A DNA stretch of 64,000 bases from Candidatus Omnitrophota bacterium (GCA_020057115.1 JAGVGJ010000001.1:12164-76163), one strand, 5' to 3'. Positions 27,338 to 38,995 are shown, counted from the stretch's first letter. Numbers and translations are program-made. The notes: generated by a model from the letters alone, not told the origin.

Positions 27338-28345
27338 ATGAAGAGACGTATATCCCTTATCATCCTGTCTAACCTCATCGCGGTAAGCCTGGCCTTAAGC
27401 ACGGCGAACGCCTATTGGCTATGGACCCCGGAGACCAAAAAGTTCATCAACCCCAAATACGCGGTAAAGGACAGTCCCAAAGAACAATATGAATGGGCCA
27501 TGAGCTTTTACAATGCCGGCGACTATACCCGCGCCGCCGCCGAATTCGAAAAGCTGGTCAAGAATTACGAGTATTCCGAATACGCCGCCAAGTCCCAATA
27601 TTACACAGGCCTCTGCTTTGAGAACCAGGGCAAGTACTTTACCGCATACCAGAACTACCAGAAGGCCATAGAGAACTTCCCGCACAGCGACAATATCGAC
27701 GAGATAATAGCGAGAGAATACAATATAGGCAATCTCTTCATGGCGAAGGTGAGCCCGAGGCTGATGGGCAACGACATACTTCCGCCGCTCGACAGGGCCA
27801 TAGAGATATATAAGAAGGTCGTCGATAACGCGCCCTTCGGAAGGCTCGCTCCCGAGGCGCAATTCCGCCAGGGCGAGGCGCTCAAGAAGTCCGAGAGGTA
27901 TGACGAGGCTATCGAAGTTTTCCAGAAGGTCGTCGATGACTATAAGGACTCGCAATATTACGAAAAGGCGAGGTACGAGATGGCTTACTGCGCCTATAAA
28001 TCATCGCTTAAACCCGCCTATGATGCCGCCCCCACGGATAAGGCCGTAAAAGCTTTCAGGGAATTCACGGACGCCAACCAGGATAAGGAGCTCTCGAAGA
28101 TAGCCGACATCACGATACTCCGCCTTAAGGATAAGGGCGCCGAGAAGTCTTTCGAGACAGCGAAGTTCTACGAAGGCGTAAAGCAGTATGGCTCAGCCCT
28201 TATATATTATAAGGATATCGTGAAGAGGTTCCCCGACAGCTCCTTCACGCCCGAGGCGAAGATAAAGATAAAGATATTGTCCGGCAGGCTTGCGCGGACT
28301 GCTTCAAAGAATAGCGGTGACAAAAAGTGGTTCAATATATTTTAA
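27338..28345 (+). CDS. bamD: Outer-membrane assembly lipoprotein BamD/YfiO-like (TPR)
   Basis: Signal peptide and TPR-like repeats rich in Y/A/K/E. Typical BamD size and context upstream of lptE. Confidence 0.65.
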   Translation: MKRRISLIILSNLIAVSLALSTANAYWLWTPETKKFINPKYAVKDSPKEQYEWAMSFYNAGDYTRAAAEFEKLVKNYEYSEYAAKSQYYTGLCFENQGKYFTAYQNYQKAIENFPHSDNIDEIIAREYNIGNLFMAKVSPRLMGNDILPPLDRAIEIYKKVVDNAPFGRLAPEAQFRQGEALKKSERYDEAIEVFQKVVDDYKDSQYYEKARYEMAYCAYKSSLKPAYDAAPTDKAVKAFREFTDANQDKELSKIADITILRLKDKGAEKSFETAKFYEGVKQYGSALIYYKDIVKRFPDSSFTPEAKIKIKILSGRLARTASKNSGDKKWFNIF

Positions 28346-28361
28346 ACCGGAGTCAAATACG

Positions 28362-28901
28362 ATGCTTAAAAGGTACTGTTCGTTAATAGCAGTTTTCATG
28401 TTATTCGTAGCGGGCTGCGGGTATACCACGCACTCGCTTTTGCCTTCAAACTATAAGACCATCTACGTCGACAGTTTCGGCAACAAGATAAAAGTCACGG
28501 CGGAACAGTCAAATATAAGGATGTACCGCGGATACAGGCCCGGCCTCGAAGGCGACATAACAAAGGCCACCATAGACAGGTTCCTCTTCGACGGTAACTT
28601 AAGGATAGCCCCCGAAAATACCGCAAATCTTATCCTCAAAGGAGAGCTCATAGACTTCAGGAAAGAGCCGCTGAGATACGACGCGAACGACAACATAGAG
28701 GAATACAGGCTGGTGCTCACCGTGAACATGGAACTCATAGACCCTGCTACGGATAAGGTCGTCTGGAAAGAAAACAGCTTTTCTGGAGAGACCACCTACA
28801 CGACGGGCGGCAGCCTTGCCAAAGATGAGTCCACCGCTGTCGTTGACGGGGTCAATGACCTGGCAAGACGCATAGTAGAGAGAACTATCGAAGCATGGTA
28901 A
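28362..28901 (+). CDS. lptE: LPS-assembly lipoprotein LptE-like
   Basis: Lipoprotein signal LFVAGCGY. Conserved leuS...lptE-holA neighbourhood. Start set at ATG 28362 rather than the upstream in-frame ATG. Confidence 0.6.
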   Translation: MLKRYCSLIAVFMLFVAGCGYTTHSLLPSNYKTIYVDSFGNKIKVTAEQSNIRMYRGYRPGLEGDITKATIDRFLFDGNLRIAPENTANLILKGELIDFRKEPLRYDANDNIEEYRLVLTVNMELIDPATDKVVWKENSFSGETTYTTGGSLAKDESTAVVDGVNDLARRIVERTIEAW

Positions 28902-29854
28902 ATCCGGACGCCTCGGTATTTTTGTTCATCGGAAGCGAAGCGTATCTCAAAGAAAACGCGTTGAACAAGTTAAGGGCGTCTCTTTCCGCAGCCCCTTCTC
29001 TCGACCTGGACTACAAGATATTCCACGGAAGCCAATCTACCGCAAGAGAGATATTGGACCACGCCGCCACATTCCCTTTATTCTCCTCAAAGAAACTGAT
29101 CGTCATAAAAGAGTTCGACAGTCTTCCGAAAGAAGACCGCTCGCGCATTGCGGAATACCTGAAAGCCCCGGCCAGATCGACATATGTCGTAATAGACGCC
29201 GAGGAGGATGATGACGTAAAAGAGGTAAGCGCCTCTGTGCGCAATTCAAAGATAATGAGGTTCTCGAGTCCCGGCGAAGGGGAGCTGTCGAACTGGATAA
29301 CGAAATACCTCGCTGCGAAAGGCAAGTCGGTAGAGACTGGCGCGGTAGATATGCTCAAGGATCTTAAGGGGCCTGACCTTACGGCCCTTACGCAGGAGCT
29401 GGAGAAACTGATAAGTTTTGTCGGCCAAAGGACCTCGGTCAATGCTTCCGATGTCGAGACGCTTGTCGGCAAGAGCGCCGTAGAGTCGGCTTTTGAGCTT
29501 GGGTGGGCCATAGGGGATAAGGATGTCGCTAAGGCCATGAAGGTAGTCTCGGGTCTCATGCTTGAGGGAAATAGGCCGCATGAGACTATCGGGCTTATCT
29601 CATGGCACTTGAACCGCATACTGAAAGCGAAATTGCTCCAGAAGAGAGGCGAATCCGCGTCATCCATATCGGGGATATTGAAGATAGCCAGAAGACATCA
29701 GGACCATTTTTTCAGGCAGGCAGGTTCGTTCAGTCTTGAACGGATACAGAAGAAGATGGACGTGCTGCTCGAGGCGGACCTGGACATAAAGAGGACGAGG
29801 TTTGACCCCGTCCTCGTGCTTGAGCTTGCCATCGTGAGATTATGCCTTGGATGA
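28895..29854 (+). CDS. holA: DNA polymerase III delta subunit
   Basis: 319-aa delta-subunit family protein. Overlaps the lptE stop. Confidence 0.8.
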   Translation: MVNPDASVFLFIGSEAYLKENALNKLRASLSAAPSLDLDYKIFHGSQSTAREILDHAATFPLFSSKKLIVIKEFDSLPKEDRSRIAEYLKAPARSTYVVIDAEEDDDVKEVSASVRNSKIMRFSSPGEGELSNWITKYLAAKGKSVETGAVDMLKDLKGPDLTALTQELEKLISFVGQRTSVNASDVETLVGKSAVESAFELGWAIGDKDVAKAMKVVSGLMLEGNRPHETIGLISWHLNRILKAKLLQKRGESASSISGILKIARRHQDHFFRQAGSFSLERIQKKMDVLLEADLDIKRTRFDPVLVLELAIVRLCLG

Positions 29855-30109
29855 AAGGCCGAGCCTTTTTGTCAGGCGGGAGACCTTTCTTGAGGCGGCG
29901 TTCTTGTGAAGCATGCCCTTTGAAGCGGCCTTATCTAATGTAGCGACAAGCATGCTTAGATATTTCTTTGCGTCATCTATTTTCTTGTCGATAAGGAGCT
30001 TTTCGAACTTCTTTATAGAAGTCTTGAGATCCGACTTTAAGGATATGTTCCTTAAGTGTCTTTTTTTGGATTTTCGTAACTCTTTGTAAGCAGACCGTTT
30101 ATGTGGCAA
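29840..30109 (-). CDS. rpsT: 30S ribosomal protein S20
   Basis: 89-aa basic protein MPHKRSAYKELRKSKKRHLRN... Confidence 0.9.
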   Translation of the reverse strand: MPHKRSAYKELRKSKKRHLRNISLKSDLKTSIKKFEKLLIDKKIDDAKKYLSMLVATLDKAASKGMLHKNAASRKVSRLTKRLGLSSKA

Positions 30110-30206
30110 TTGTAAACCCTCCGTTTTGCTGTTGTTTCAAGATATAGCTTAAGTTTATGAAGGCATGATTATAGCACCTCGAGAGCCGGGAGGTCAATAC
30201 TTTTAT

Positions 30207-31739
30207 ATGAGTAAAAAGGGACTTATAAAGTCTACAGGCGTAATATCGTTGGCCACGGCTTTAAGCAGGGTGCTGGGGTTCGTCCGGGATATAGTCATAG
30301 CCAATTATTTCGGCACGGCTATATATGCCCAGGCCTTTGTGGTGGCCTTCAGGATCCCGAACCTCATGAGGGATCTTGTAGGGGAGGGCGCGGCTAACGC
30401 GGCATTTGTGCCGGTCCTTACCGAAGAGCTTACAAAGAAGGGTAAGGGCGACTTCTTTAAGCTCGCGCAGGTGATATTAAATCTCCTCTTCTGGACGCTT
30501 CTTGTCATGACAGCCATAGGCATGTTTGCCTCTCCTTTGATAGTGAGGCTGATGGCTCCCGGCTTCCTGGCGGATCAAGCGAAGTTCGATGTGACTGTCC
30601 AGCTTACGAGGATGCTCTTCCCGTTCCTGGTTCTTGTGGGGCTATGGGCCTATGCTATGGGGGTCCTGAATACGCTCGGCCATTTCGCGGCCCCGGCCTT
30701 CGGCTCATGCCTGCTCAATATATCAATGATACTGTGCGCGATGTGGTTCGGCGAGAATGTCTTCGGACTTTCCGCAGGCGTCCTGGCCGGAGGGACGCTC
30801 CAGCTATTCATGCAATTCCCGCCGCTTTACGCGCACGGATGGAAGATGCGCTTAACCGGCGACTTTTCTCATCCTAAGGCCAGGAAGGTGGGGGCTCTTC
30901 TGTTGCCGCGCGCCCTCGGCGCGTGCGTATACCAGATAAACGTATTCATATCCACGATACTTGCTTCATTATCGTCCATAGTGGGTGATGGCGCAGTCGC
31001 GGCTCTCTATTATGCCAATAGGATATGGCAGCTTCCTCTGGCGATATTCGGCATCGCGCTCGCCCAGGCTATATTGCCGGCCATGTCAAGGCATGTGGCT
31101 TTGAATGACCACGGCAAGCTGAAGGACATGCTCTCATTCTCGCTCAATATCTTATTTTTTATATTAATACCATCAACGGTCGGGCTTATAATGCTGGGCG
31201 AGCCGATCACTAAAGTGCTGCTCCAGAGAGGGCTATTTACTGCCTATTCGACGCAGATAACCGCATCGGCCCTTGTCTTCTACTCGCTCGGGCTCGTGGC
31301 CTGCGGAGGCATAAAGATCCTCGTCAGCGCCTTCTATTCGATGCATGATACCATGACGCCGCTTAAATGCGCAGGGTGGTCGCTTGCGGCGAACATATTA
31401 TTCAACATAGCATTGATGTATCCGCTAAAAGTAGGCGGTCTTGCGCTGGCAACCTCAGCATCTGCCGTGGTCAATTTCGTCATGCTCTACATCATGCTCA
31501 GGAAGAAGATCGGGGATTTCGGGTCGAAGGGCATAGCCGACTCATTTTTAAGGGTCATGGTATCGTCGCTTGTAATGGCCGCAGCGCTGAAGATGCTCGC
31601 GCTGCGTTTTTCCGTTACAACAGCAGTCAATCTCGGTCTGGCCATAATAACAGGCCTGGCGGTATTTCTTCTCTCATCCTACCTGTTAAACGTAAAAGAG
31701 ATGAAGGACTTCCTCGGATGGGCATTAAAGAGAAGGTAA
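30207..31739 (+). CDS. murJ: Lipid II flippase MurJ/MviN
   Basis: About 510 aa with 14 TM helices and a typical MurJ N-terminus (GVISLATALSRVLGFVRD). Start set at ATG 30207 (MSKKGL...) rather than 30165. Confidence 0.85.
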   Translation: MSKKGLIKSTGVISLATALSRVLGFVRDIVIANYFGTAIYAQAFVVAFRIPNLMRDLVGEGAANAAFVPVLTEELTKKGKGDFFKLAQVILNLLFWTLLVMTAIGMFASPLIVRLMAPGFLADQAKFDVTVQLTRMLFPFLVLVGLWAYAMGVLNTLGHFAAPAFGSCLLNISMILCAMWFGENVFGLSAGVLAGGTLQLFMQFPPLYAHGWKMRLTGDFSHPKARKVGALLLPRALGACVYQINVFISTILASLSSIVGDGAVAALYYANRIWQLPLAIFGIALAQAILPAMSRHVALNDHGKLKDMLSFSLNILFFILIPSTVGLIMLGEPITKVLLQRGLFTAYSTQITASALVFYSLGLVACGGIKILVSAFYSMHDTMTPLKCAGWSLAANILFNIALMYPLKVGGLALATSASAVVNFVMLYIMLRKKIGDFGSKGIADSFLRVMVSSLVMAAALKMLALRFSVTTAVNLGLAIITGLAVFLLSSYLLNVKEMKDFLGWALKRR

Positions 31740-33130
31740 AAAAGCTTCCTGGATCGCCGGGCGTATATCTCATGAAAGATAACCACGGCGCAGTCCTGTA
31801 TGTCGGCAAGGCCGTGAACCTTAAGAAAAGGGTCGCAAGCTATTTCCGGCATAATGCCAGCCACGCCCAGCGCATAGCTTCTATGGTATCCCAGGTCGAA
31901 GATATCGACTGCATGCCGACCAACACCGAAGCCGAGGCGCTCATATATGAGAATAGCCTTATAAAGCAGTTCTCGCCAAAATACAATGTCGCCTTGAAGG
32001 ATGGCAAGAGCTATCCTTTGCTAAAACTCACGGCCAGTGAAAAATTCCCGCGCCTTCTGATCACAAGAGAGAAGAAAGACGACGACGCAGATTACTTCGG
32101 GCCGTATTCTAACGCGAAGCTCCTCAGGAGCGCGGTCACTATAATGAAGCGCATATTCCAGCTAAGGACATGCGCCAAGATGCCTAAGTCGGTCTGTTTA
32201 AATTACCATATAAAGCAATGTCTCGGACCATGTGAGGGCAAGATAGACGAGAAAAGATACAAAGATATTATAACTGAATTAAAGATGTTCCTGCGCGGCA
32301 GGAAGAAGGAACTTTTGGATCTACTCTCAGAGAAGATGGTATCAGCCTCGAAGCGTGAGGATTATGAGGAGGCCTTAAGGCTCAGGGACAGGATCGAGGC
32401 GCTAGGTTCTATACGATCAGATAAGGTCATATATGGCCCGATGAGCGAGCTCTCCGAGCTTAAAGAGATGCTGGGCCTAAAAAGCGACATAGATCTCATA
32501 GAGGCATTCGATATATCTAATATAATGGGCGAAGAGGCGGTCGGCTCCATGATATCTTTCCATAAAGGTAAACCCAATAAAAGCGGTTACCGGAAATTCA
32601 GGATACGATCGGTTGAAGGTATAGATGATTACAGCATGATGCGCGAAGTGGTCAGAAGGCGCTATCAGATGGCCCTTAAAGAAGGTTCGGCCATGCCGGA
32701 CCTTATATTGATAGACGGTGGGAAGGGCCATCTTTCCGTAACCCTTGAAGAGTTAAAGAAGCTTGGGTTGTCCGGAATACCGGCCATAGGGATAGCCAAG
32801 GAGTTCGAGCATATATATTTAAAGGACAGGAAAGACCCGGTGGTCCTCCCCGAAGGGTCTAAGGCCCTCCATCTTTTAGAACGCATAAGGGATGAAGCTC
32901 ACAGGTTCGCGATAACTTACCATAAGAAGCTGATGTCAAAAAGGGTGGGCCTGTCTGAGCTTAATGGTATTCCGGGCGTGGGGCCGAAACGGAGAAAGGC
33001 GCTAATGCTCAAGTTCGGGTCGGTCGAAGGCATAAAGAGCGCTACTTTAGAAGAACTGATAAAACTGGACGGAATGGATGCGAGATCGGCAAAGAATATT
33101 ATCGAGCATTTTAAAGGACAAAAGCTTTAG
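31718..33130 (+). CDS. uvrC: Excinuclease ABC subunit C
   Basis: GIY-YIG N-terminus (GVYLMKDNHGAVLYVGKA), UVR and endonuclease domains, C-terminal HhH. Start at ATG 31718; the track ORF extends upstream into murJ in the same frame. Confidence 0.85.
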   Translation: MGIKEKVKKLPGSPGVYLMKDNHGAVLYVGKAVNLKKRVASYFRHNASHAQRIASMVSQVEDIDCMPTNTEAEALIYENSLIKQFSPKYNVALKDGKSYPLLKLTASEKFPRLLITREKKDDDADYFGPYSNAKLLRSAVTIMKRIFQLRTCAKMPKSVCLNYHIKQCLGPCEGKIDEKRYKDIITELKMFLRGRKKELLDLLSEKMVSASKREDYEEALRLRDRIEALGSIRSDKVIYGPMSELSELKEMLGLKSDIDLIEAFDISNIMGEEAVGSMISFHKGKPNKSGYRKFRIRSVEGIDDYSMMREVVRRRYQMALKEGSAMPDLILIDGGKGHLSVTLEELKKLGLSGIPAIGIAKEFEHIYLKDRKDPVVLPEGSKALHLLERIRDEAHRFAITYHKKLMSKRVGLSELNGIPGVGPKRRKALMLKFGSVEGIKSATLEELIKLDGMDARSAKNIIEHFKGQKL

Positions 33131-33389
33131 CGGTTTCGAGAAGGCTGTTTATAGAGCTGTCTTCGGGATACCGAAAGGCCAGACCCGCTCATATGCCTGG
33201 GTAGCAAAGACGATCGGCTGCCCGCGCGCATCCAGGGCCGTTGGGAATGCATTAAATAGAAACCCGTATCCGGGTCCGATACCATGCCATCGCGTCATAA
33301 GGTCTGACGGATCCATGGGAGGATATGCGGAAGGTTGCCGCAAAAAGCGGAGGTTGCTTAAAGACGAGGGTGCTGGTATAATCGGTTAG
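33078..33389 (+). CDS. Methylated-DNA-protein-cysteine methyltransferase family protein (MGMT DNA-binding domain, PCHRV active site)
   Basis: PCHRV motif and helix-turn-helix region. Start uncertain because it overlaps the uvrC 3' end by 52 nt. Confidence 0.65.
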   Translation: MRDRQRILSSILKDKSFSGFEKAVYRAVFGIPKGQTRSYAWVAKTIGCPRASRAVGNALNRNPYPGPIPCHRVIRSDGSMGGYAEGCRKKRRLLKDEGAGIIG

Positions 33390-33417
33390 ACTATTATTAG
33401 GAATAAGGGCATACTCT

Positions 33418-34540
33418 ATGATACAAGAGCTGAATAATGACATAAAACTGAGCGAAGAGAAGCTGAAAGAGCTCAGAGGTTATCTTTGACGTCGATAACA
33501 AGCTAAAGAGGATAACTGTCCTTGAGGAAGAGATCTCCAGGCCAGATTTTTGGAGCAATGAAACACGTTCCAAAGAGGTCATCAGAGAGCTCAAATACTT
33601 AAAAGCCATAGCAGAGCCGTTCTCAAAGCTCACAAGTGATCTTAAAGATATAAAAGAGATAGTCTCCATAGCCGAATCCGGCGACGCGGAATCACTGAAA
33701 CACTTCAAAGAAGAGCTTTCCAGGATAAAACTCAAGATAGATGATATAGAGTTCAGAAGCCTTCTGGGAGAGGAAGCGGATAGTTGTAATGCAATAATGA
33801 GTATCAATGCCGGAGCCGGGGGCACCGAATCATGCGATTGGGCGGGTATGTTGCTGAGGATGTATACCAAGTGGGCCGAGGCAAGAGGATGCGAGATCGA
33901 AAGGATAGACCAGCTCGCAGGTGAAGAGGCGGGCATAAAGAATGTCACGGTGCTCATAAAAGGCGATTATGCTTACGGGTACCTCAAGAGCGAGTCAGGC
34001 GTCCATCGTCTTGTCAGGATCTCGCCTTTCGATTCAAATAAGAGGCGCCACACTTCATTTGCTTCCGTTGATGTCATACCCGAAGTGTCCGACGATATCC
34101 AGATAGACGTAAAGGAACAGGATCTAAAGATAGACACTTATCGCGCCGGAGGCAAGGGCGGCCAGCATGTCAATAAGACCGACTCCGCTGTCAGGATAAC
34201 GCATATTCCTTCAGGCATAGTCGTCCAGTGCCAGAACGAAAGATCGCAGGGCAAGAACAAGGCGATGGCGTTTAAGCTGTTGAGGGCGAAACTTTATGAG
34301 AAAGAGCGTCTTGCCAAAGAGAAGCTGGTGGCTAGCGCTTACGATTCAAAGAAGGAGATCGCCTGGGGCAGCCAGATAAGGTCTTATGTGCTCCATCCGT
34401 ATTCCATGGTAAAGGACCACAGGACAGGCTGTGAGACAGGGAATGCCGAGGCGGTCCTTGAAGGGAAGATAGACGCGTTCATCGAGGCATATTTAAAAAG
34501 GGGCAAGGGTCCGGGGTCTGGGGTCCAGGAGAAGGGGTAG
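33418..34540 (+). CDS. prfB: Peptide chain release factor 2 with a programmed +1 ribosomal frameshift: join(33418..33486, 33488..34540)
   Basis: Frame 0 encodes [23 protein letters not shown] and ends at the canonical AGAGG-UAU-CUU-UGA-C frameshift site (SD-like plus CUU UGA C). The +1 frame continues DVDNKLK... through the SPF and GGQ motifs. The GC-repeat at 34501-34530 encodes the C-terminal [12 protein letters not shown]. Confidence 0.85.
34501..34530. repeat. GC-rich oligo-repeat at the 3' end of prfB (in-frame)
   Basis: gggcaagggtccggggtctggggtccagga. Confidence 0.75.
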
Positions 34541-34541
34541 A

Positions 34542-37289
34542 ATGTTAAATTTCATAATGAAGAAGATAATAGGGACGCAGAACGAGAGGGCCTTGAGGCC
34601 TTTAAGGCCTGTCGTCGATAAGATAAATTCTTTTGAGCCGGCGATATCGAAGCTGTCTGACTCCGGACTTCGCGCCAAGACAGACGAGTTCAGAACTAAG
34701 ATAGCCGCGCGGCATAAGGAGATGGCCGACGAGCTAAAGGAGATGGAGGCGGCGTATCTGGCCTCTACAGCGCCCACCGAAAAGGAGAGGCTGAAGCGAA
34801 AACTCCGGGATATGAAGAACCGGATATTCGATGACGTCCTGCCGGAAGCTTTTGCGGTCGTAAGGGAGGTCTCGAAGCGCGTCAATAAGATGAGGCACTT
34901 CGACGTCCAGCTCATGGGCGGAATGGTCCTCCACCAGGGCAAGATATCCGAGATGGCTACGGGCGAGGGAAAGACTCTTGTGGCCACGCTTCCGGTGTAT
35001 CTTAATGCCCTGACCGGCGAAGGTGTCCATGTAGTCACGGTTAACGATTACCTGGCCAAGAGAGATCGCAATTGGATGGGGCCGATATATGAATTCTTGG
35101 GGCTTACGGTCGGCGTGATACAGCATGATATTGGACAAGAGGCCCGCAAGCAGGCATATGGCGCGGATATAACTTACGGGACGAATAACGAATTCGGGTT
35201 CGACTATCTTCGGGACAACATGGTGGTCCGCAAAGAGGATATGGTCCAAAGGGGATTGAATTATGCGATCGTTGACGAGGTCGATTCGATACTTGTCGAT
35301 GAGGCGAGGACGCCGCTTATCATATCAGGCCCTGCGGAAGAATCTACGGATAAGTATTACATCATAAACAAGATAGTCCCGCGCCTTAAAGGTAAGATAA
35401 CAACCGACAAGGAAGAGATCGAAGCGAAGTATAAGGGGTTGGACCTTGAAAAAGGCATAGATTATGTGGTGAACGAAAAGAACCATACGGTGAACCTGAC
35501 CGAAGAGGGCGTCACCAAATGCCAGGACATGATAGGGGTGAAGAACCTTTATGATGACATACAATCCGAATGGGAGCACCACATAAGGCAGGCCTTAAGG
35601 GCGCATGTCCTATACAAGAAAGACGTAGATTACGTTGTTAAGGACGGCGAGGTTATGATAGTCGATGAATTCACCGGCCGTCTTATGCCGGGAAGGCGGT
35701 GGTCCGACGGTCTTCATCAGGCTGTGGAGGCGAAGGAGGGAGTTAAGATAGAGCGGGAGAACCAGACCCTCGCCACTATAACATTCCAGAACTACTTCAG
35801 GATGTACCGCAAGCTCGCAGGCATGACCGGAACCGCCGAAACCGAAGCTGTCGAGTTCGAGAAGATATACGGGCTCGATGTCGTAGTGATGCCTACAAAC
35901 CAGCCTATGAAGAGGTCAAATTTCCCGGATATCATATATAAGACGGAAAGGGAGAAGTTCAATGCCGTAGTCTCCGAAATAGCGGAACTCCATAAGGTCG
36001 GAAGGCCGGCCCTTGTCGGAACTATCTCGATCGAAAAATCGGAGATGCTCTCCAGCTTATTAAAACGCAGCGGTATTCCTCACCATGTCTTGAACGCAAA
36101 ATATCATGAAATGGAAGCCGAGATCATAGCCAATGCCGGGCAGAAACATACCATAACTATCGCCACTAACATGGCGGGTCGCGGCACTGACATAGTCCTG
36201 GGCGAGGGTATAGCCGCGCTCGGGGGGCTTCATGTCCTCGGGACGGAGCGGCACGAATCTCGCCGCATCGATAATCAGCTGCGCGGCCGTTCGGGCCGCC
36301 AGGGTGATCCTGGCTCGAGCAGATTCTACCTATCCCTCGAAGACGATCTCATGAGGATATTCGGCTCCGACAAGATCAAGAATGTCATGGAAAGGCTCGG
36401 CATGGAGGAAGGCCAGGATATCCAGCATCCCTTCATAACCAGGGCCATAGGCACAGCCCAGAAGCGCGTTGAGCAGCATAACTTTGATATAAGAAAACAT
36501 ATCCTCGAGTATGACAATGTCATGAACCGCCAGAGGGAGGTCATATACGACGAAAGGCGCAAGATACTCTTCGGAGAGGACCTGAAAGGTTATATACATG
36601 ATGTCATGGAAGAGGTCATTGAAGGCGCGCTCGACACCTATCTGAATGAAAAACTGCGGTTCGATGAGTGGGATTTTGAGGGCTTAAGACAGTATCTTGA
36701 GCTGGGATTTGGCATCAAGGCTAAAGACCTCAACCTCGAAGAGACGCCCAGGCCCGGTATAATGGATGCGATATTGGAGAGGATGAAGGCCACATATGAA
36801 TTGAAGGAAAAGTCTCTCGGAGGACCGATGATGAGGCATCTTGAGAGGATGATACTCCTCCAGGTGGTGGATTCAAGATGGAAAGACCATCTTTATGCCA
36901 TGGACAGCCTTAGAGAGGGCATAGGATTGAGGGCATACGGCCAGCGCGACCCATTGATAGAATATCAGCATGAAGGATACGGCATGTTCATGGATATGAT
37001 AGACAGGATCAAAGAAGAGACTCTCGAATATCTCTTTCGGGTCCAGACCGTTCAAGAAGAGGCAAAGTCCGCAGTATTCGATTTTTCCAAACAGAACCTG
37101 GTCCACGAAGAGAAGAGCCAGTTCCAGGATGTGCCCTCCGAAGAAGGCGGCCAGGCGGCAATGTCTTATGCCGGGCAATTGCCGGAACAAAAGGCAGAGA
37201 CTTATAAGAGGGAAGAGCCCAAGGTGGGCCGTAATGACCCCTGTCCGTGCGGCAGCGGCAAGAAATATAAGAAGTGTTGCGGCGAATGA
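34542..37289 (+). CDS. secA: Preprotein translocase ATPase SecA
   Basis: 915 aa with DEAD-like motor domains and a C-terminal zinc-binding [14 protein letters not shown]. Confidence 0.95.
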   Translation: MLNFIMKKIIGTQNERALRPLRPVVDKINSFEPAISKLSDSGLRAKTDEFRTKIAARHKEMADELKEMEAAYLASTAPTEKERLKRKLRDMKNRIFDDVLPEAFAVVREVSKRVNKMRHFDVQLMGGMVLHQGKISEMATGEGKTLVATLPVYLNALTGEGVHVVTVNDYLAKRDRNWMGPIYEFLGLTVGVIQHDIGQEARKQAYGADITYGTNNEFGFDYLRDNMVVRKEDMVQRGLNYAIVDEVDSILVDEARTPLIISGPAEESTDKYYIINKIVPRLKGKITTDKEEIEAKYKGLDLEKGIDYVVNEKNHTVNLTEEGVTKCQDMIGVKNLYDDIQSEWEHHIRQALRAHVLYKKDVDYVVKDGEVMIVDEFTGRLMPGRRWSDGLHQAVEAKEGVKIERENQTLATITFQNYFRMYRKLAGMTGTAETEAVEFEKIYGLDVVVMPTNQPMKRSNFPDIIYKTEREKFNAVVSEIAELHKVGRPALVGTISIEKSEMLSSLLKRSGIPHHVLNAKYHEMEAEIIANAGQKHTITIATNMAGRGTDIVLGEGIAALGGLHVLGTERHESRRIDNQLRGRSGRQGDPGSSRFYLSLEDDLMRIFGSDKIKNVMERLGMEEGQDIQHPFITRAIGTAQKRVEQHNFDIRKHILEYDNVMNRQREVIYDERRKILFGEDLKGYIHDVMEEVIEGALDTYLNEKLRFDEWDFEGLRQYLELGFGIKAKDLNLEETPRPGIMDAILERMKATYELKEKSLGGPMMRHLERMILLQVVDSRWKDHLYAMDSLREGIGLRAYGQRDPLIEYQHEGYGMFMDMIDRIKEETLEYLFRVQTVQEEAKSAVFDFSKQNLVHEEKSQFQDVPSEEGGQAAMSYAGQLPEQKAETYKREEPKVGRNDPCPCGSGKKYKKCCGE

Positions 37290-38869
37290 ACAAAAAAGAA
37301 GATGTCTCAAATTTAATATTTCGCATGGCCCTTGCGTCGGTATCGGCGCTCCTCCTGGTCCTCGCATTTCCAGGCTTCAACCTCTCGTTCCTGGCCTGGA
37401 TAGGCATGGTGCCGCTATTCTTCGCCCTTGAAGGCAAGAAGGCGGGGGAGGCTTTTCTTATAGCATACACGGCCGGCATAGTATTCTTTCTCGGGACGGT
37501 CTGGTGGCTTATCCACGTCACGCTCCCCGGCATGATAGTCCTGGTCCTGTATCTCGGGCTATTCTTCGGAGGATTCGGGGCCATAGCTTCGCTCGGCCTC
37601 TCGCCCTCAAAAAATATCTCCAACCGCGCGCTCGATTATATGGCGCTATTCCTCATACCGGCCGCCTGGGTTACCTGTGAGTGGATGCGATCGACCCTAT
37701 TCAGCGGCTTCGGATGGGTGGCCTTAGGCTATTCGCAGAGCTCAAGCCTTCCGGTCATCCAGATAGCCGACATAACCGGCGTTTACGGAGTAAGTTTTAT
37801 AATAGTGATGGTAAACATAGCGATATTCATAACCCTAAAGAGCCAGCAGGAGAGGGGCGCCACTATAGATATCTCCATGGCGCTCGCGATAATCATCGTA
37901 TTTATCTCGCTCGGCTACGGTTATTTTAGGATGAACAATATATTTACGGGTGAGAAGATAAAGGTAAGCGTTATACAGGGGAACATACCCCAGGACAAGA
38001 AATGGGATTCCGCCTTCAGATCATTCATCATGGACAAATACGAGGACCTGACGAAGAAGGCCGTCAAGCGGAAGGTCGATCTCGTGGTCTGGCCGGAGAC
38101 ATCTGTGCCGGGCTTTGTCGAATCCGAGCCGGACCTGTTCGAAAGAATACAAAAGCTTGCTATTGATGGCAATACCCCGCTTCTTGTCGGCACTTTGAGA
38201 GAGGACAGGAATGTGAGAGAAAGGTATTATAATAGCGCAAGCCTTTTCCTGGGGAACGGGAATATTGAGGCGACATACGATAAGATACATCTCGTGCCTT
38301 TCGGAGAATATATACCGCTTAAAAAAGTATTTTCATTCGTAGAAAAGATCGCTCCCGCTCCTATCGGGGACGTGACTAATGGTAAGGATCATACGGTATT
38401 CTCCTTTATCGTAAAGAGAGTGTCGAAAGACGAGGATGTCACGTTAAAGCTCACAAAGAAGATCAAGTTCTCCTGCCTGGTATGCTTCGAGGATATGTTC
38501 CCGGAGATAGCAAGAGAGTTCGTCAAGAGGGGCGCCGGTTTTCTTGTCAATATAACTAATGACGCCTGGTATAAGAAGACCTCCGCCGCGTGGCAGCATG
38601 CGCAAGGCTCCATCTTCAGGGCTGTAGAGAACAGGGTCGCGGTCGTTCGCGCGACCAATACAGGCATATCCTGTTTTATAGACCAGAAGGGCAGGGTCAC
38701 GAGCGTCATCCAGGACAATAAAGAGAGCCTCTTCGTCGACGGCTATGGGCAGGACGATGTATTGATAACAAATATCCGAACATTTTACAATCTCTACGGC
38801 GATGTATTTGCATACATATGCATATTTGCGACGATATTATTACTATATGCAGCCATATTGTTAAAATAG
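37274..38869 (+). CDS. lnt: Apolipoprotein N-acyltransferase
   Basis: N-terminal polytopic domain plus a C-terminal CN-hydrolase domain with catalytic E...K...C (CLVCFED). Confidence 0.85.
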   Translation: MLRRMNKKEDVSNLIFRMALASVSALLLVLAFPGFNLSFLAWIGMVPLFFALEGKKAGEAFLIAYTAGIVFFLGTVWWLIHVTLPGMIVLVLYLGLFFGGFGAIASLGLSPSKNISNRALDYMALFLIPAAWVTCEWMRSTLFSGFGWVALGYSQSSSLPVIQIADITGVYGVSFIIVMVNIAIFITLKSQQERGATIDISMALAIIIVFISLGYGYFRMNNIFTGEKIKVSVIQGNIPQDKKWDSAFRSFIMDKYEDLTKKAVKRKVDLVVWPETSVPGFVESEPDLFERIQKLAIDGNTPLLVGTLREDRNVRERYYNSASLFLGNGNIEATYDKIHLVPFGEYIPLKKVFSFVEKIAPAPIGDVTNGKDHTVFSFIVKRVSKDEDVTLKLTKKIKFSCLVCFEDMFPEIAREFVKRGAGFLVNITNDAWYKKTSAAWQHAQGSIFRAVENRVAVVRATNTGISCFIDQKGRVTSVIQDNKESLFVDGYGQDDVLITNIRTFYNLYGDVFAYICIFATILLLYAAILLK

Positions 38870-38890
38870 AAAAAAGGTTAATTTTAGCTA

Positions 38891-38918
38891 TTGCAACTTG
38901 TTTAATAAGTGATATACT
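38891..38918 (+). promoter_or_regulatory. Sigma70-like promoter (TTGCAA-16-TATACT) upstream of the hypothetical gene at 38996
   Basis: -35 at 38891-38896 and -10 at 38913-38918. Confidence 0.4.
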
Positions 38919-38995
38919 AATAATGAAGAAGGAATTTTTTTTGGGGATAAAGTAAATAGTTTTAAAAAGTTATTAGAAATCCGAAGAGGAAGAAA

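Noticed and set aside
31367-31717. N-terminal 117-aa extension of the uvrC ORF in the track
   Set aside because: In-frame read-through inside murJ. UvrC homology (GIY-YIG) begins at the ATG at 31718.
33397-33957. 186-aa minus-strand ORF
   Set aside because: Antisense to the 5' part of prfB, including the frameshift region. Low-complexity Ser/Leu-rich translation with no motifs.
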